NCBI GenBank assembly: GCA_963713825.1
Contig: CAVQNG010000001.1
Coordinates: forward strand, 320,001 to 384,000
Length of the DNA: 64,000 nucleotides
DNA from: an uncultured Acidobacteriota bacterium
Lineage (GTDB): Bacteria; Acidobacteriota; Thermoanaerobaculia; Multivoradales; JAHEKO01
Reading direction: 5' to 3'
Both the position numbers and the translations under genes were made by a program. The notes below the pieces were generated by a model. It saw only the letters and a program-made list of their open reading frames with translations. It was not told the DNA's origin and made no database searches. Numbering within the stretch: position 1 is the first letter of the stretch; each line of letters begins with the position of its first letter. This document shows, piece by piece, positions 36,321 to 45,982 of the stretch.

Positions 36321-38126
36321 TCAAGAACCCTTCCCAGAGATCCTGCCCCAAGCACGAACGAGCAGAATGCCGGCTGCGGCGGCGACGGCCGCGAGTGCGG
36401 CGCTCAGGAGGTAGTTTCCGTAGATCCAGTGGCCTACCGCAAACAGGGCACTGTAGACGGCGAAGCAGCCCGCCAGCATGGCCATGACGCCGGTGGGAAC
36501 ATCCCACTCAGCCTCTCCGGCGGCGATCGGGTCACCCGCGGCGGCGGCACGCTCGATGACAGCCGTCCATCCTGGTCCGCCTGGCCTGGTCCGGCGATAG
36601 AAGGATCGCAGTTGCCTCTCATCCGTCGGTCGCGTCAGAAAAGTGACGCCCACCCAGGCTACAGTGGTCAAGGCGACGCCGATGAGCAGCTCCTGCCAGC
36701 TCTCGAGTGTCGGGCCGCCTGTTCGAGCCGCAGCTCTGTGTTGCAGGAAGAGCACCAGGGCGACGCTGAAGGAGACCACCATCGCGGCGAGCTCGCTCCA
36801 AGCGTTGATGCGCCACCAGAACCACCGAAGGATGAAGAGCAGGCCGGTTCCCGCTCCGATCTGCAGCAGGATCTGAAAGGCCTGCAAGGCATTCTCGAGT
36901 TGAAGAGCGAGGCTGGCTGCCAGCAGCATCAGAATGACAGTCGAGATTCGACCTACCAGAACCAGTTCCCTCTCATCCGCGGCAGGACGCAGAAAGCGGC
37001 GATAGAAGTCGTTGACGACGTAGGAGGAGCCCCAGTTCAGGTGTGTCGAGATGGTTGACATGTAGGCGGCTGCCAGGGAGCCTACAACTACGCCCAGCAA
37101 CCCGTGAGGGAGGAAGGTCAGCATGGCCGGATAGGCCAGATCGTGGCGCAGCACTTTGGGGTCGATATGCGGGAAGGCGGTGGCCAGGGATTCGAGATCC
37201 GGAAAGACGATGATGGAGGCAAGCGCCACGAGTATCCACGGCCAGGGCCGCAAGGCATAGTGAGCTACGTTGAAGAACAGGGTAGCGGCAGTGGCATGGC
37301 GCTCGTCCTTCGCCGCCAGCATCCGCTGCGCCACATACCCTCCACCGCCGGGCTCCGAGCCGGGATACCAGGCAGCCCACCACTGAACGGCGAGAGGAAT
37401 GAGGAAGAACGGGACCACGAGGGCGGGATCGGAGAAGTCGGGGAGAAGCGACAGTTTGTCCGCCAACAGGTCGTTTTCGAGAAGACCTGCCAGGCCGCCG
37501 ACTGCTGGATGACGGAGCGAATAGACAGCGGCTGCGATCGAGCCGGACATCGCGACCACAAAAAGCAGCGCATCGGTCCAGAGAACTCCCCGCAACCCGC
37601 CAGCCGTGCTGAAAACAACTGTCACAACGAGGGCGATTCCGACAGTTTGAAGGGGCGACCAATGGAGCATCACGCCACCGATCTTGATGGCGGCAAGGGT
37701 GACCGATGCCATGACCATGATGTTGAAGAAGACGCCCAGATAGATGGCCCTGAAGCCCCGGAGGAAGGCTGCCACCTTGCCGCTGTAGCGCAGCTCGTAG
37801 AACTCGATGTCGGTCATGACACCGGAACGGCGCCAGAGCTTGGCATACACGAAGGCAGTCAGCATTCCGGTCAGCAGGAATGCCCACCAAACCCAGTTGC
37901 TGGAGACCCCTCCAGTCCGTGTGAGGTCGGTGACGAGGTTGGGCGTGTCGGTGGAGAAGGTCGTTGCGACCATGGACATACCCAGTAGCCACCAGGGCAT
38001 GGACCGACCCGAGAGAAAGAACTCCGAGGAGCTTCGGCCGGCGCGGCGGGCTGCCAAAAGACCGACACCGACGGTGAGGGCGAAGTAGCCGAGGATCAGC
38101 AGGATGTCGACGCGATTGAGGATCAT
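36321..38126 (-). CDS. Sodium:solute symporter family protein
   Basis: FFLSGRSMPWW, SMVATTFSTDTP, YVAQRMLAAK and AAYMSTIS motifs; many TM helices. Confidence 0.93.
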   Translation of the reverse strand: MILNRVDILLILGYFALTVGVGLLAARRAGRSSSEFFLSGRSMPWWLLGMSMVATTFSTDTPNLVTDLTRTGGVSSNWVWWAFLLTGMLTAFVYAKLWRRSGVMTDIEFYELRYSGKVAAFLRGFRAIYLGVFFNIMVMASVTLAAIKIGGVMLHWSPLQTVGIALVVTVVFSTAGGLRGVLWTDALLFVVAMSGSIAAAVYSLRHPAVGGLAGLLENDLLADKLSLLPDFSDPALVVPFFLIPLAVQWWAAWYPGSEPGGGGYVAQRMLAAKDERHATAATLFFNVAHYALRPWPWILVALASIIVFPDLESLATAFPHIDPKVLRHDLAYPAMLTFLPHGLLGVVVGSLAAAYMSTISTHLNWGSSYVVNDFYRRFLRPAADERELVLVGRISTVILMLLAASLALQLENALQAFQILLQIGAGTGLLFILRWFWWRINAWSELAAMVVSFSVALVLFLQHRAAARTGGPTLESWQELLIGVALTTVAWVGVTFLTRPTDERQLRSFYRRTRPGGPGWTAVIERAAAAGDPIAAGEAEWDVPTGVMAMLAGCFAVYSALFAVGHWIYGNYLLSAALAAVAAAAGILLVRAWGRISGKGS

Positions 38127-39493
38127 GAGTCGGGAGTGATCTCCATTGCAGGGGCCCCTGCGTCCGTGAAAAAGAAGGTTGCGGAATCTCGGTGTTGGGG
38201 GAATTCGCGCCAGTAGGCTTCTCTAAAGTGATACTTGAACTTTTCGGCTTCGCCCCTGGGAACGAGAGCCCAGACCGCGCCGCCAAAGCCGGCACCAAAG
38301 GCCGAGGCAGCGACAGCGCCGAGCTGGCGAGCTTTGGTGGCCAGAAACGAAGTTTCAGCGATCTGATTCCCGAGTAAGGACTCGGCCAGATGCATCGATT
38401 CATCGATCCACTCTCCGAATCGTCCCAGGTCGTCGGCCTCCAGCGCTTTCGCGGCGCCCGGAACGATGACCTCGTTCTCCTGCTCGAAGTGCTGGAAGCG
38501 GGAGATCAGCTCGTCGACTGTGAAGTCGGAGTCCTCGAGATGCCCGCCGAGAGACCCGAATGTGTCTGCCGCCCCTCGATCCGCGGCCAAGATCGAGCCC
38601 AGGTCCGACAGGTTCCGGCCTGTAGCCTTTCTCCAGACTGCCGCGACGGCCCGAGATTGAAGCGACAGACGGTTGTACTCGGCCAGGGCAGAACCCGTCT
38701 TTTCGGCCTGGATACCGCTGGCCGCGATAACAAATACGAGATCCGTCGGCAATCTGATCGACCTCTCGAATCGGACGGGCGAGTAGCTGTACTGGACAAT
38801 GCGACCCTCCTGGCCACAGAGAATCGCGGTGTGATCCTCGCTTCCACCGAACGTACCGACGCCCACGGCCCCTGCGAGGGAACCGTGAGAGTACCCGTTC
38901 TCCACAGCACCAAGGTACCCAGCAAGCGCCTCGCGGGTGGGGATTGCCTGTCGAAAGGCTTTCCTGTCCTGCAGGCTGTTTACCCTGGCAAGAGCCAGGA
39001 ATGCACCGACGACAAGGGCACTCGAGCTGCTGAGCCCGGCGGCCGCGGGCAGATTACTGATAAAGGACAGGTTTGCGCCGTGGGTCAGGCTGGGGAAATT
39101 CTGCTCCAGCCGGCGCGCCACCTCGACGAAGTAGGTTCGCCAGTCCTGCCGTCGATTCGTGGTCTGCTCATCCAGAGACAGCTCGAAGCTCTGCTGAGAA
39201 CGAGCGTCGACGACGAAGATGTTTCGGTCCCTCCTGGGAACCACGATCATTGCGATTCCCTGCTCCGTGGGAGCGATCAGGCTCCTGCCGCCGGCGTAGT
39301 CGGTGTGCTTTCCGGCGATCTCGATCCGGCCCGGTACCCAGATCAGATGAGCCTTGGAGCTCTCGGCAAGTCTGGACTGAAGGGCGGTTGCCGCCTGCTC
39401 GAAGAGAGGACCGCTGCCTTTCGACAGGGTTGGATGGGTCGAGGCGAGCCTCTCCGAACTGGTCAGGTCCTGCAGCTGCCACGAGCCGGTCAG
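38123..39493 (-). CDS. Galactokinase-like GHMP sugar-1-kinase (probable CTG start)
   Basis: In-frame WVPGRIEIAGKHTDYAGG lies upstream of the first ATG (39250); PAAAGLSSSSA and GAGFGG motifs; CTG at 39493 after GGAGG overlaps the upstream stop. Confidence 0.85.
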   Translation of the reverse strand: MTGSWQLQDLTSSERLASTHPTLSKGSGPLFEQAATALQSRLAESSKAHLIWVPGRIEIAGKHTDYAGGRSLIAPTEQGIAMIVVPRRDRNIFVVDARSQQSFELSLDEQTTNRRQDWRTYFVEVARRLEQNFPSLTHGANLSFISNLPAAAGLSSSSALVVGAFLALARVNSLQDRKAFRQAIPTREALAGYLGAVENGYSHGSLAGAVGVGTFGGSEDHTAILCGQEGRIVQYSYSPVRFERSIRLPTDLVFVIAASGIQAEKTGSALAEYNRLSLQSRAVAAVWRKATGRNLSDLGSILAADRGAADTFGSLGGHLEDSDFTVDELISRFQHFEQENEVIVPGAAKALEADDLGRFGEWIDESMHLAESLLGNQIAETSFLATKARQLGAVAASAFGAGFGGAVWALVPRGEAEKFKYHFREAYWREFPQHRDSATFFFTDAGAPAMEITPDS

Positions 39494-40311
39494 AGAGCGA
39501 CCTCCAGGTTCTCGAGGTAGGCGGCGATAGGAGCGATGTCCCCGCGCTCGGACAGATCGAGTACGGCCGCAGTCGAGGTCGATACCCGAAAGATCTCACC
39601 CAGTTCGTCGATGGCGAATTGTACGGCGGCGGTCAGCTCCAACTCGCCCCGCTCTGACAGGGGGATCTTCTCGCAAGCCGGAAAGATAGCCGGGGAGAAC
39701 CGCCAGCAGTTCAGACTGACCAGCACGGGCTCTGGAAGCGACGCATAGGTTACCGAATCGGGTTTCTCGACAATTCGGGTCAGCGTTTTTGTCGAGTCCG
39801 CCTGGACAATTGCGAAACGTGCCATTCTGTCCCGATCGAGATTGGACTCTCCACGCTCCAACAGGCCCGCTCGATCGAAGGCCACGAGGCCGGGTCCCTC
39901 GAGAGCCTGCAGGGCTCTCAGGACTTCTACGGAGTAGTAGTTGTCGCCGTTGAGAACCGCGAACTCACCATCCGCTCCGACTGCCATTCTTGCCGCCAGC
40001 ACGGCGTCGGCGGTTCCCTTCGGTTCGGCCTGTGTCACAAGCTCGATTTGAAGCCGGTCGGTGTCGAGTCCTCGGCAGTGACTGACCAGGTCGTGCTGAT
40101 GAGGAGAGACTACGAGACAGACCCGCTCGAAGTCAGCCTCCGCCAGGGCCCCGAGACTGTAGTCGAGGAATGGCCGCTTGAAAGGAATCAGTGCCTTGAC
40201 ACCGGAATCAGCGGTGTCTTCTTGTTGGGACGTAACCGTGGCGGAGGTGTCCTGCTGTCGCATTCTCTTGCCAATGCCGGCAGCCAGAATCACGGCAGTG
40301 GGCACCGTCAT
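39490..40311 (-). CDS. Sugar-1-phosphate nucleotidyltransferase
   Basis: VILAAGIGKRM, KALIP, Q.EPKGTADAV, NGDN, IVEKP and SERGELEL motifs. Confidence 0.9.
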   Translation of the reverse strand: MTVPTAVILAAGIGKRMRQQDTSATVTSQQEDTADSGVKALIPFKRPFLDYSLGALAEADFERVCLVVSPHQHDLVSHCRGLDTDRLQIELVTQAEPKGTADAVLAARMAVGADGEFAVLNGDNYYSVEVLRALQALEGPGLVAFDRAGLLERGESNLDRDRMARFAIVQADSTKTLTRIVEKPDSVTYASLPEPVLVSLNCWRFSPAIFPACEKIPLSERGELELTAAVQFAIDELGEIFRVSTSTAAVLDLSERGDIAPIAAYLENLEVAL

Positions 40312-40611
40312 GAACGGTCCTCCTGAGAGATCGAGCGGCGCACAGGACTGATTGTCTGCATTGCCCGGAAAAGTAACAGATAAACCTCTCGAAATGGCGA
40401 ACCCGCAGAGCAACTCGAGTTACGAGGCAGTTCGGGTGCGGGAGATCGAAGGTGGGATTCGGATCATCAGTACCAGCGCCGCTATCGATGCCAAGGAAAT
40501 CGCTGGCGCAGCGCCAACGTCCGTCTGAAGTATCAGTAGGCTGTCCTCTCCAGGTCCGCTCAGACCAGCGCATTCTCTATAATGGTGCTGACGTAACTGG
40601 AGGGAGGTGTC

Positions 40612-41526
40612 GTGCAGCAGCCTGCGGTCATCTGGGGCGTTCTGGTCGCGATTCTGTTCGGTGCGATCGGCTTTGCCCTCTGGCTGTTCTCGAAGCAGCC
40701 TGCACCCGCCACGGCTGGAGTGGAAACGAACCTGCCGAGCTCAGTGAATGGCTGGCAGCGGGCCCCGGATAGCCAGCACTACGATCCAGAGAGCATCTTT
40801 TCCTATATCAACGGACACGCCGAGGTGTATCTCGCCTATGGCATGCGGGGTTGCGATGCGCAGCGATACATCGGCCCTGACGGCGAGCCCGATCTTATTC
40901 TCGACATCTTCGAAATGGCATCGCCCGCCGATGCGTTCGGAGTCTTCACTCACGACACCGAGGGTGAATCGGTTGGGATCGGTCGTGACTCTCGATACCG
41001 GTATGGCTGGCTCTCCTTCTGGCAAGGCTCTCACTTCGTCTCGATCGTGGCAGAAGGGGAGAGTGAGCTCTCCGAGCAGGCGACTCTCGAGTTGGGCCGG
41101 CTGGTTGCGGCTGGGCTCCCTGCAGAAGGCGCCATGCCGGCGATCCTCGAAGCCCTGCCTGAAGAGGGGCTGGTAGCTGGAAGCGCCCGGTACTTGCATC
41201 ACCCACAGATTCTCAATACTCACCTGCCGGTGGATGCGGAGAACCTGCTGGAGGTAGGAATGGACACCCCAGCGGTCCTCGGCAGATACAACCGGGAATC
41301 GGCATGGGCCTACCTGTTGATCATCGACTATCCGAACGAGGAGAGAGCGGAGCAGGCGGAGCGTAATCTGCTCGAACGACTGTCTACGAATGTTGCAAGA
41401 GCAGACGCAACGGCCTCGGAGTCCGGGTTCTCTGCTTGTCGGCGGGAGGGGATGCGCCTGGCCGTAGTCGCGGAGACGCCAGATGGGGAGTGGGCACAAG
41501 GCCTTCTACAAACTGTTTTCGATTGA
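40612..41526 (+). CDS. Membrane-anchored periplasmic protein (DUF6599-like)
   Basis: N-terminal TM helix; IFSYINGHAEVYLAYG, DIFEMASPADAFGVF; family assignment from memory. Confidence 0.7.
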   Translation: MQQPAVIWGVLVAILFGAIGFALWLFSKQPAPATAGVETNLPSSVNGWQRAPDSQHYDPESIFSYINGHAEVYLAYGMRGCDAQRYIGPDGEPDLILDIFEMASPADAFGVFTHDTEGESVGIGRDSRYRYGWLSFWQGSHFVSIVAEGESELSEQATLELGRLVAAGLPAEGAMPAILEALPEEGLVAGSARYLHHPQILNTHLPVDAENLLEVGMDTPAVLGRYNRESAWAYLLIIDYPNEERAEQAERNLLERLSTNVARADATASESGFSACRREGMRLAVVAETPDGEWAQGLLQTVFD

Positions 41527-41537
41527 GGACTCTCGAC

Positions 41538-42458
41538 ATGAAGAAGAGGCACTCGGGGATTACACGCCGCGGATTTCTTCGTGCCACATCGAGCTTGGCA
41601 GCCGGCGGAATCGTCGGACTCGGGAGCCAGGGGTATGCGAGCACCATCGGTTCGCAATCTCCGGCAAAGGCCGCTAAAAGCCGAGTCGTGCTGGTCAGAA
41701 ATCCCCAGGTAGCGGTGGCGGCAAACGAGGTGCCACCGGAGCTGTTGCACGACATGCTCAATCAGGCCATGGCTGCTTTGATCGAGGTGCGGGATCCGAG
41801 CGAGGCGTGGGGACGGCTCTTCTCGGCTGAGGATGTTGTCGGAATCAAGACCAACGTCTGGCGGAATCTGCGCACTCCCGAAGCCCTGGAACAGGCCATC
41901 CGAACAGAGCTCCTCGAAGTCGGCGTGTCCGGATCCGATATCGCGGTGGACGATCGTGGCGTGCGGACCAGTGAGCTCTTTCGTCAGGCCAGTGCCATGA
42001 TCAATGTCCGCCCAATGCGCACGCATCACTGGTCCGGACTCGGCACCTGCTTGAAGAACATGATCATGTTCGTGCCGAGACCGGCGGACTACCATGGCGA
42101 TTCCTGTGCCTCCCTCGGAGCCATTTGGCAGCTTCCGGAGCTCGCCGGGAAGGTGAGACTGAACATCCTGGTCCTGCTGACGCCGCAGTTTCATGGTGTT
42201 GGCCCGCACAGCTTTTCCTCTCGGTTTACCTGGCCCTATGGCGGTTTGTTGGTGGGAACAGATCCCGTGGCAGTCGACGCCACTGGGGCGCGCATTATTC
42301 AAGCGAAGCGGAATGAGTATTTCGGTGAGACAAAACCGATCAGTCCGCCACCCCATCACATTGAGATTGCCGACACCCGTTATGGGCTGGGCAACGCCAG
42401 CCCCGACAGAATCGACTTGGTTGAGCTCGGTTGGCAGGAGAGCTCCTTGCTTGGATGA
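41538..42458 (+). CDS. Tat-exported DUF362 domain protein
   Basis: TRRGFLR Tat motif; VGIKTN, RTHHWSGLGTCLKN, GTDPVAVDA. Confidence 0.8.
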   Translation: MKKRHSGITRRGFLRATSSLAAGGIVGLGSQGYASTIGSQSPAKAAKSRVVLVRNPQVAVAANEVPPELLHDMLNQAMAALIEVRDPSEAWGRLFSAEDVVGIKTNVWRNLRTPEALEQAIRTELLEVGVSGSDIAVDDRGVRTSELFRQASAMINVRPMRTHHWSGLGTCLKNMIMFVPRPADYHGDSCASLGAIWQLPELAGKVRLNILVLLTPQFHGVGPHSFSSRFTWPYGGLLVGTDPVAVDATGARIIQAKRNEYFGETKPISPPPHHIEIADTRYGLGNASPDRIDLVELGWQESSLLG

Positions 42459-43510
42459 GGGTGCCACGATTGAAGATCCCAAGAGAAGACGCGCCCAGCG
42501 CTGAGCATCCGAGGACCGATCGAGAGCAGCCTGGTGGGGGAGAGTCCTCGAGCCTGGTGGGCCGTCGGCAGCTGCTCCTGACTTGGGGACCGGTGGCCCT
42601 TGCAAGCCTGGTCCTAGGCGGTGCGGGAAAACTGCTCAGAGATCGTCCAGGCCGCCACCAACCCGTGAATGCTGCCAGCCTTCCAGGCAGGCGGGATTGG
42701 CGGGCAGCGCCCCAGGCTCCTGGCCAGATAGCCCTGGCTGGCGGATCGGGTCCTGCAGTGAATGTACAACGGGCCATCAGCGCTTTGGGTGGCATAGGAG
42801 CCTTTGTTGGACAGGGCCATCGGGTGGTGATCAAGCCGAACTCCGCCTGGGATCGGACTCCAGAGCAGGCCGCCAACACCAATCCGGAGCTGGTGGGGCA
42901 GCTGGTGCGCATGTGTCTGGCTGCTGGGGCTTCGTCTGTGATTGTCGCAGACTGCACCTGCCACGATCCGGACCGGGCTTTCGCGCGATCTGGGATCGGT
43001 GACGCTGCACAGGAAGCTGGTGCCCGTGTTGCCCATCAGACTCGTGGAGGTACCGTAGCGCTCGATCTCGGTGGCACTCAGCTGGGCTCATGGCAGGTCT
43101 TGCGCTCTCTCGCAGAAGCGGACCGCGTCATCAACGTGCCGGTGGTCAAGCATCATTCCCTGGCCAGAGGAACTCTGGGAATGAAGAACTGGTTCGGCGC
43201 CCTGGTTGGGCAGAGGTCGCGACTGCATCAACGCCTGCCGCAAGTCTCGGCAGAGCTGGCAGACGTTTTCCGACCGACACTCACCGTCGTCGACGCAACT
43301 CGAGTTCTGGTAGGGGGAGGGCCGACTGGCGGCTCTCTCACACTTGTCCGCGACCTGGATCAGATCGCCGTTGCAACGGACCCCGTAGCGGCGGATTCAT
43401 GGGGGGGATCGCTGTTGGATCTGGGAGCACGTGAGCTGCCTCATCTAGACATCGCGCGTCGACTGGGTCTAGGAACTCCGGACTGGCAGTCGGTCTCGAT
43501 CCAAACCTGA
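42455..43510 (+). CDS. DUF362 domain protein
   Basis: GRRQLL Tat-like motif; VVIKPN.AWDR.PEQAANTNP, KHHSLARGTLGMKN, ATDPVAAD; ATGA overlap. Confidence 0.85.
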   Translation: MRVPRLKIPREDAPSAEHPRTDREQPGGGESSSLVGRRQLLLTWGPVALASLVLGGAGKLLRDRPGRHQPVNAASLPGRRDWRAAPQAPGQIALAGGSGPAVNVQRAISALGGIGAFVGQGHRVVIKPNSAWDRTPEQAANTNPELVGQLVRMCLAAGASSVIVADCTCHDPDRAFARSGIGDAAQEAGARVAHQTRGGTVALDLGGTQLGSWQVLRSLAEADRVINVPVVKHHSLARGTLGMKNWFGALVGQRSRLHQRLPQVSAELADVFRPTLTVVDATRVLVGGGPTGGSLTLVRDLDQIAVATDPVAADSWGGSLLDLGARELPHLDIARRLGLGTPDWQSVSIQT

Positions 43511-43513
43511 ATC

Positions 43514-45016
43514 GTGCCTACGACCCATCCAAAGAAGGGCTTGCGCCCTCGCCACCTGAGAACCGTTGTTCAGACCTGCTTCCTCCTGGTTTTCTGTGGC
43601 CTGTTCCTGGGGCTGTCCTGGGCTCCGATCCGCGGCGAGCAAGCCTCTTTCTTGCTGGTTCTGGACCCCTTGCCAGCTGTCACGACAGCTCTGGCAGACT
43701 GGACCCTGCCGCGCTGGACCTGGGTGGGATTGGGCGTCCTCGCTCTGACAGCGGTCTTTGGCCGCGTCTTTTGTGGCTGGGTCTGCCCGCTGGGCACTTT
43801 GCAGCAGCTCGTGTCCTGGGTGGCTGGGCCGCGCAAGCGCAAGTCGGTGGAGCGCAATCGATACCGACGCTGGTTCAGTCTCAAGTACCTGTTGCTCACA
43901 GCGCTCCTGGTCTGGGCGGCCCTGGGCGCCAACCATGCTGGGTGGCTCGATCCCCTCCCACTATTGCATCGTGGGGTGGCGGCAGGTCTTCGCCCACTCT
44001 GGCATGGCGGTGTAGTACCTGGAGGCTGGGTGGCGTTCGGCCTCCTGGCTTCGATCTTGGCAGCTTCGGCCTGGATGCCACGTTTCTTCTGTAGGGCCCT
44101 CTGTCCGTCCGGGGCCCTGATGGGCCTGTTTTCGCGGTTGGCTCCGTTTCGGATCCGCCGACACGGTTCGACCTGCACCGACTGCAATCTGTGTCTGATG
44201 GCCTGTCAGGGTGCGGATGAGCCTCTGGGGAAGCACCGGGTCAGCGAGTGTCACGTTTGCCTGAACTGCCTGGATGCCTGCGGGCAAGAGAGCCTGAGCT
44301 ACAACTCGCGTCCCAGTCAGCCACCGGCCGATGCCATGCCCCTGGATGTCGGACGGCGCAGATTTCTGACCACCGCGGTCGCCTCCGCTGCCATCGCCCC
44401 CGTGCTCCGAGTCTCTGGATCGGGGTTTGGCGCCCGGGCGCACGACGCTGTTCGCCCCCCTGGAGCTCTCTTCGAGGAGGCCTTCCTGGCGCGGTGCATC
44501 ACCTGCAGTGCGTGCATGGCCGCCTGTCCGACGGGAGTCATCGTTTCGGATCTGGGGAAGACCGGCGTCGAAGGGCTGTTCAGCCCGGTTCTGGAAATGA
44601 GGCGTGGCTGGTGTGAGCCCTCCTGCTTACGGTGCATGGAGGTCTGCCCGACGGGCGCTCTGACGATCGTCGATGTCGACGCCAAACAGGCGATCGGAGG
44701 CCCACCGGGTTTCAAGATCGGTACTGCCTTCATGGATCGCGGGCGTTGCCTGCCCTGGGCGATGGACATTCCCTGCATCGTCTGTGAGGAGATGTGCCCC
44801 ACGTCTCCCAAAGCTATCTGGTTGGAGACAGTCGAAACGACGCGAAGGGATGGCAGTCCTGTCGTTCTGCAAAGGCCGCACGTCGAGCCATCGATGTGCA
44901 CCGGCTGTGGCCTTTGCGAGAATCGCTGTCCAGTCGGTGAGAGTGCCGCAATCAGAATCTCGAGCGCCGGTGAAACGCGAGATCCCGACAATCGGATGGT
45001 CCAGTCGCCAGCTTGA
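43514..45016 (+). CDS. Membrane polyferredoxin (NapH/MauN-like fused to NapG/MauM-like)
   Basis: FCGWVCPLG and FCRALCP motifs, TM helices, multiple CxxCxxCxxxC(P) motifs, internal GRRRFL and RPPGA. Confidence 0.88.
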   Translation: MPTTHPKKGLRPRHLRTVVQTCFLLVFCGLFLGLSWAPIRGEQASFLLVLDPLPAVTTALADWTLPRWTWVGLGVLALTAVFGRVFCGWVCPLGTLQQLVSWVAGPRKRKSVERNRYRRWFSLKYLLLTALLVWAALGANHAGWLDPLPLLHRGVAAGLRPLWHGGVVPGGWVAFGLLASILAASAWMPRFFCRALCPSGALMGLFSRLAPFRIRRHGSTCTDCNLCLMACQGADEPLGKHRVSECHVCLNCLDACGQESLSYNSRPSQPPADAMPLDVGRRRFLTTAVASAAIAPVLRVSGSGFGARAHDAVRPPGALFEEAFLARCITCSACMAACPTGVIVSDLGKTGVEGLFSPVLEMRRGWCEPSCLRCMEVCPTGALTIVDVDAKQAIGGPPGFKIGTAFMDRGRCLPWAMDIPCIVCEEMCPTSPKAIWLETVETTRRDGSPVVLQRPHVEPSMCTGCGLCENRCPVGESAAIRISSAGETRDPDNRMVQSPA

Positions 45017-45113
45017 CGAAGAGCTTCAACGGTCTTTCTGCCTGTGGGATGGCTATCGTGCGTCGACGAGCCGTTTGCACCGATGTCTCTGAAGCGGTAA
45101 GTTAGCCCGCATT

Positions 45114-45935
45114 ATGAAAAACCTAACCGGAATTGTCGTTGTTTTCGTCGCAGTTCTCAGCCTGATCCCTGGTGTAGGCGTCTGGGGAGCAGATGCGATT
45201 CCCGCGCCTTCGGACGTCGCGGCCCCACCGACCGATGCCCAGGTGACGGCCTCGGGGCTGGCTAGCAAGGTCCTTCAGCCTGGAACCGGCACCGAGCACC
45301 CGGCTGCCGCCGATATCGTCAAAGTGCACTACACCGGATGGACTACGGATGGCGCCATGTTCGACAGCTCTGTGGCACGCGGCGAGCCCATCGGTTTGCC
45401 CTTGAACCGTGTCATCGCGGGCTGGACCGAGGGTGTACAGCTGATGGTCGTCGGAGAGAAGCGGCGTTTCTGGATTCCGGAAGAGCTCGCCTATGGTGGA
45501 CAGCCGGGCAGGCCGGCAGGAATGCTGGTCTTCGATGTCGAGTTGCTGGCGATGCAGAAAGCTCCCGAGCTACCCACTGCGCCGCCGGATGTCGCGGCAC
45601 CTCCGGCCGACGCTCAAGTGACGAAGTCGGGGTTGGCTAGCAAGGTTCTGATGGCCGGAAACGGCACCGAGCATCCAAAGAAGAACAGCAAAGTGACGGT
45701 TCACTATACGGGCTGGACGACCGACGGCGAGTTGTTCGACAGCTCCGTGGTCCGCGGTCAACCTACCTCCCTCGGCCTGAATCAAGTCATTGCTGGCTGG
45801 ACCGAGGGGGTGCAGCTGATGGTCGTCGGGGAAAAGCGGCGTTTCTGGATTCCCGAGAAGCTGGCCTACGGTGGTGAGGCTGGCAAGCCGGCCGGCACCC
45901 TCGTGTTCGACGTCGAATTGATCTCGATCGACTAG
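45114..45935 (+). CDS. Exported double-domain FKBP peptidyl-prolyl isomerase
   Basis: Two near-identical FKBP domains (VHYTGW, FDSS, VIAGWTEG, LVFDVEL) offset by 375 nt. Confidence 0.95.
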   Translation: MKNLTGIVVVFVAVLSLIPGVGVWGADAIPAPSDVAAPPTDAQVTASGLASKVLQPGTGTEHPAAADIVKVHYTGWTTDGAMFDSSVARGEPIGLPLNRVIAGWTEGVQLMVVGEKRRFWIPEELAYGGQPGRPAGMLVFDVELLAMQKAPELPTAPPDVAAPPADAQVTKSGLASKVLMAGNGTEHPKKNSKVTVHYTGWTTDGELFDSSVVRGQPTSLGLNQVIAGWTEGVQLMVVGEKRRFWIPEKLAYGGEAGKPAGTLVFDVELISID

Positions 45936-45982
45936 CGTCGGTGGGCCGGTGACTCCTGTGTCGCGCCGCAGGGCCGTCTGAA

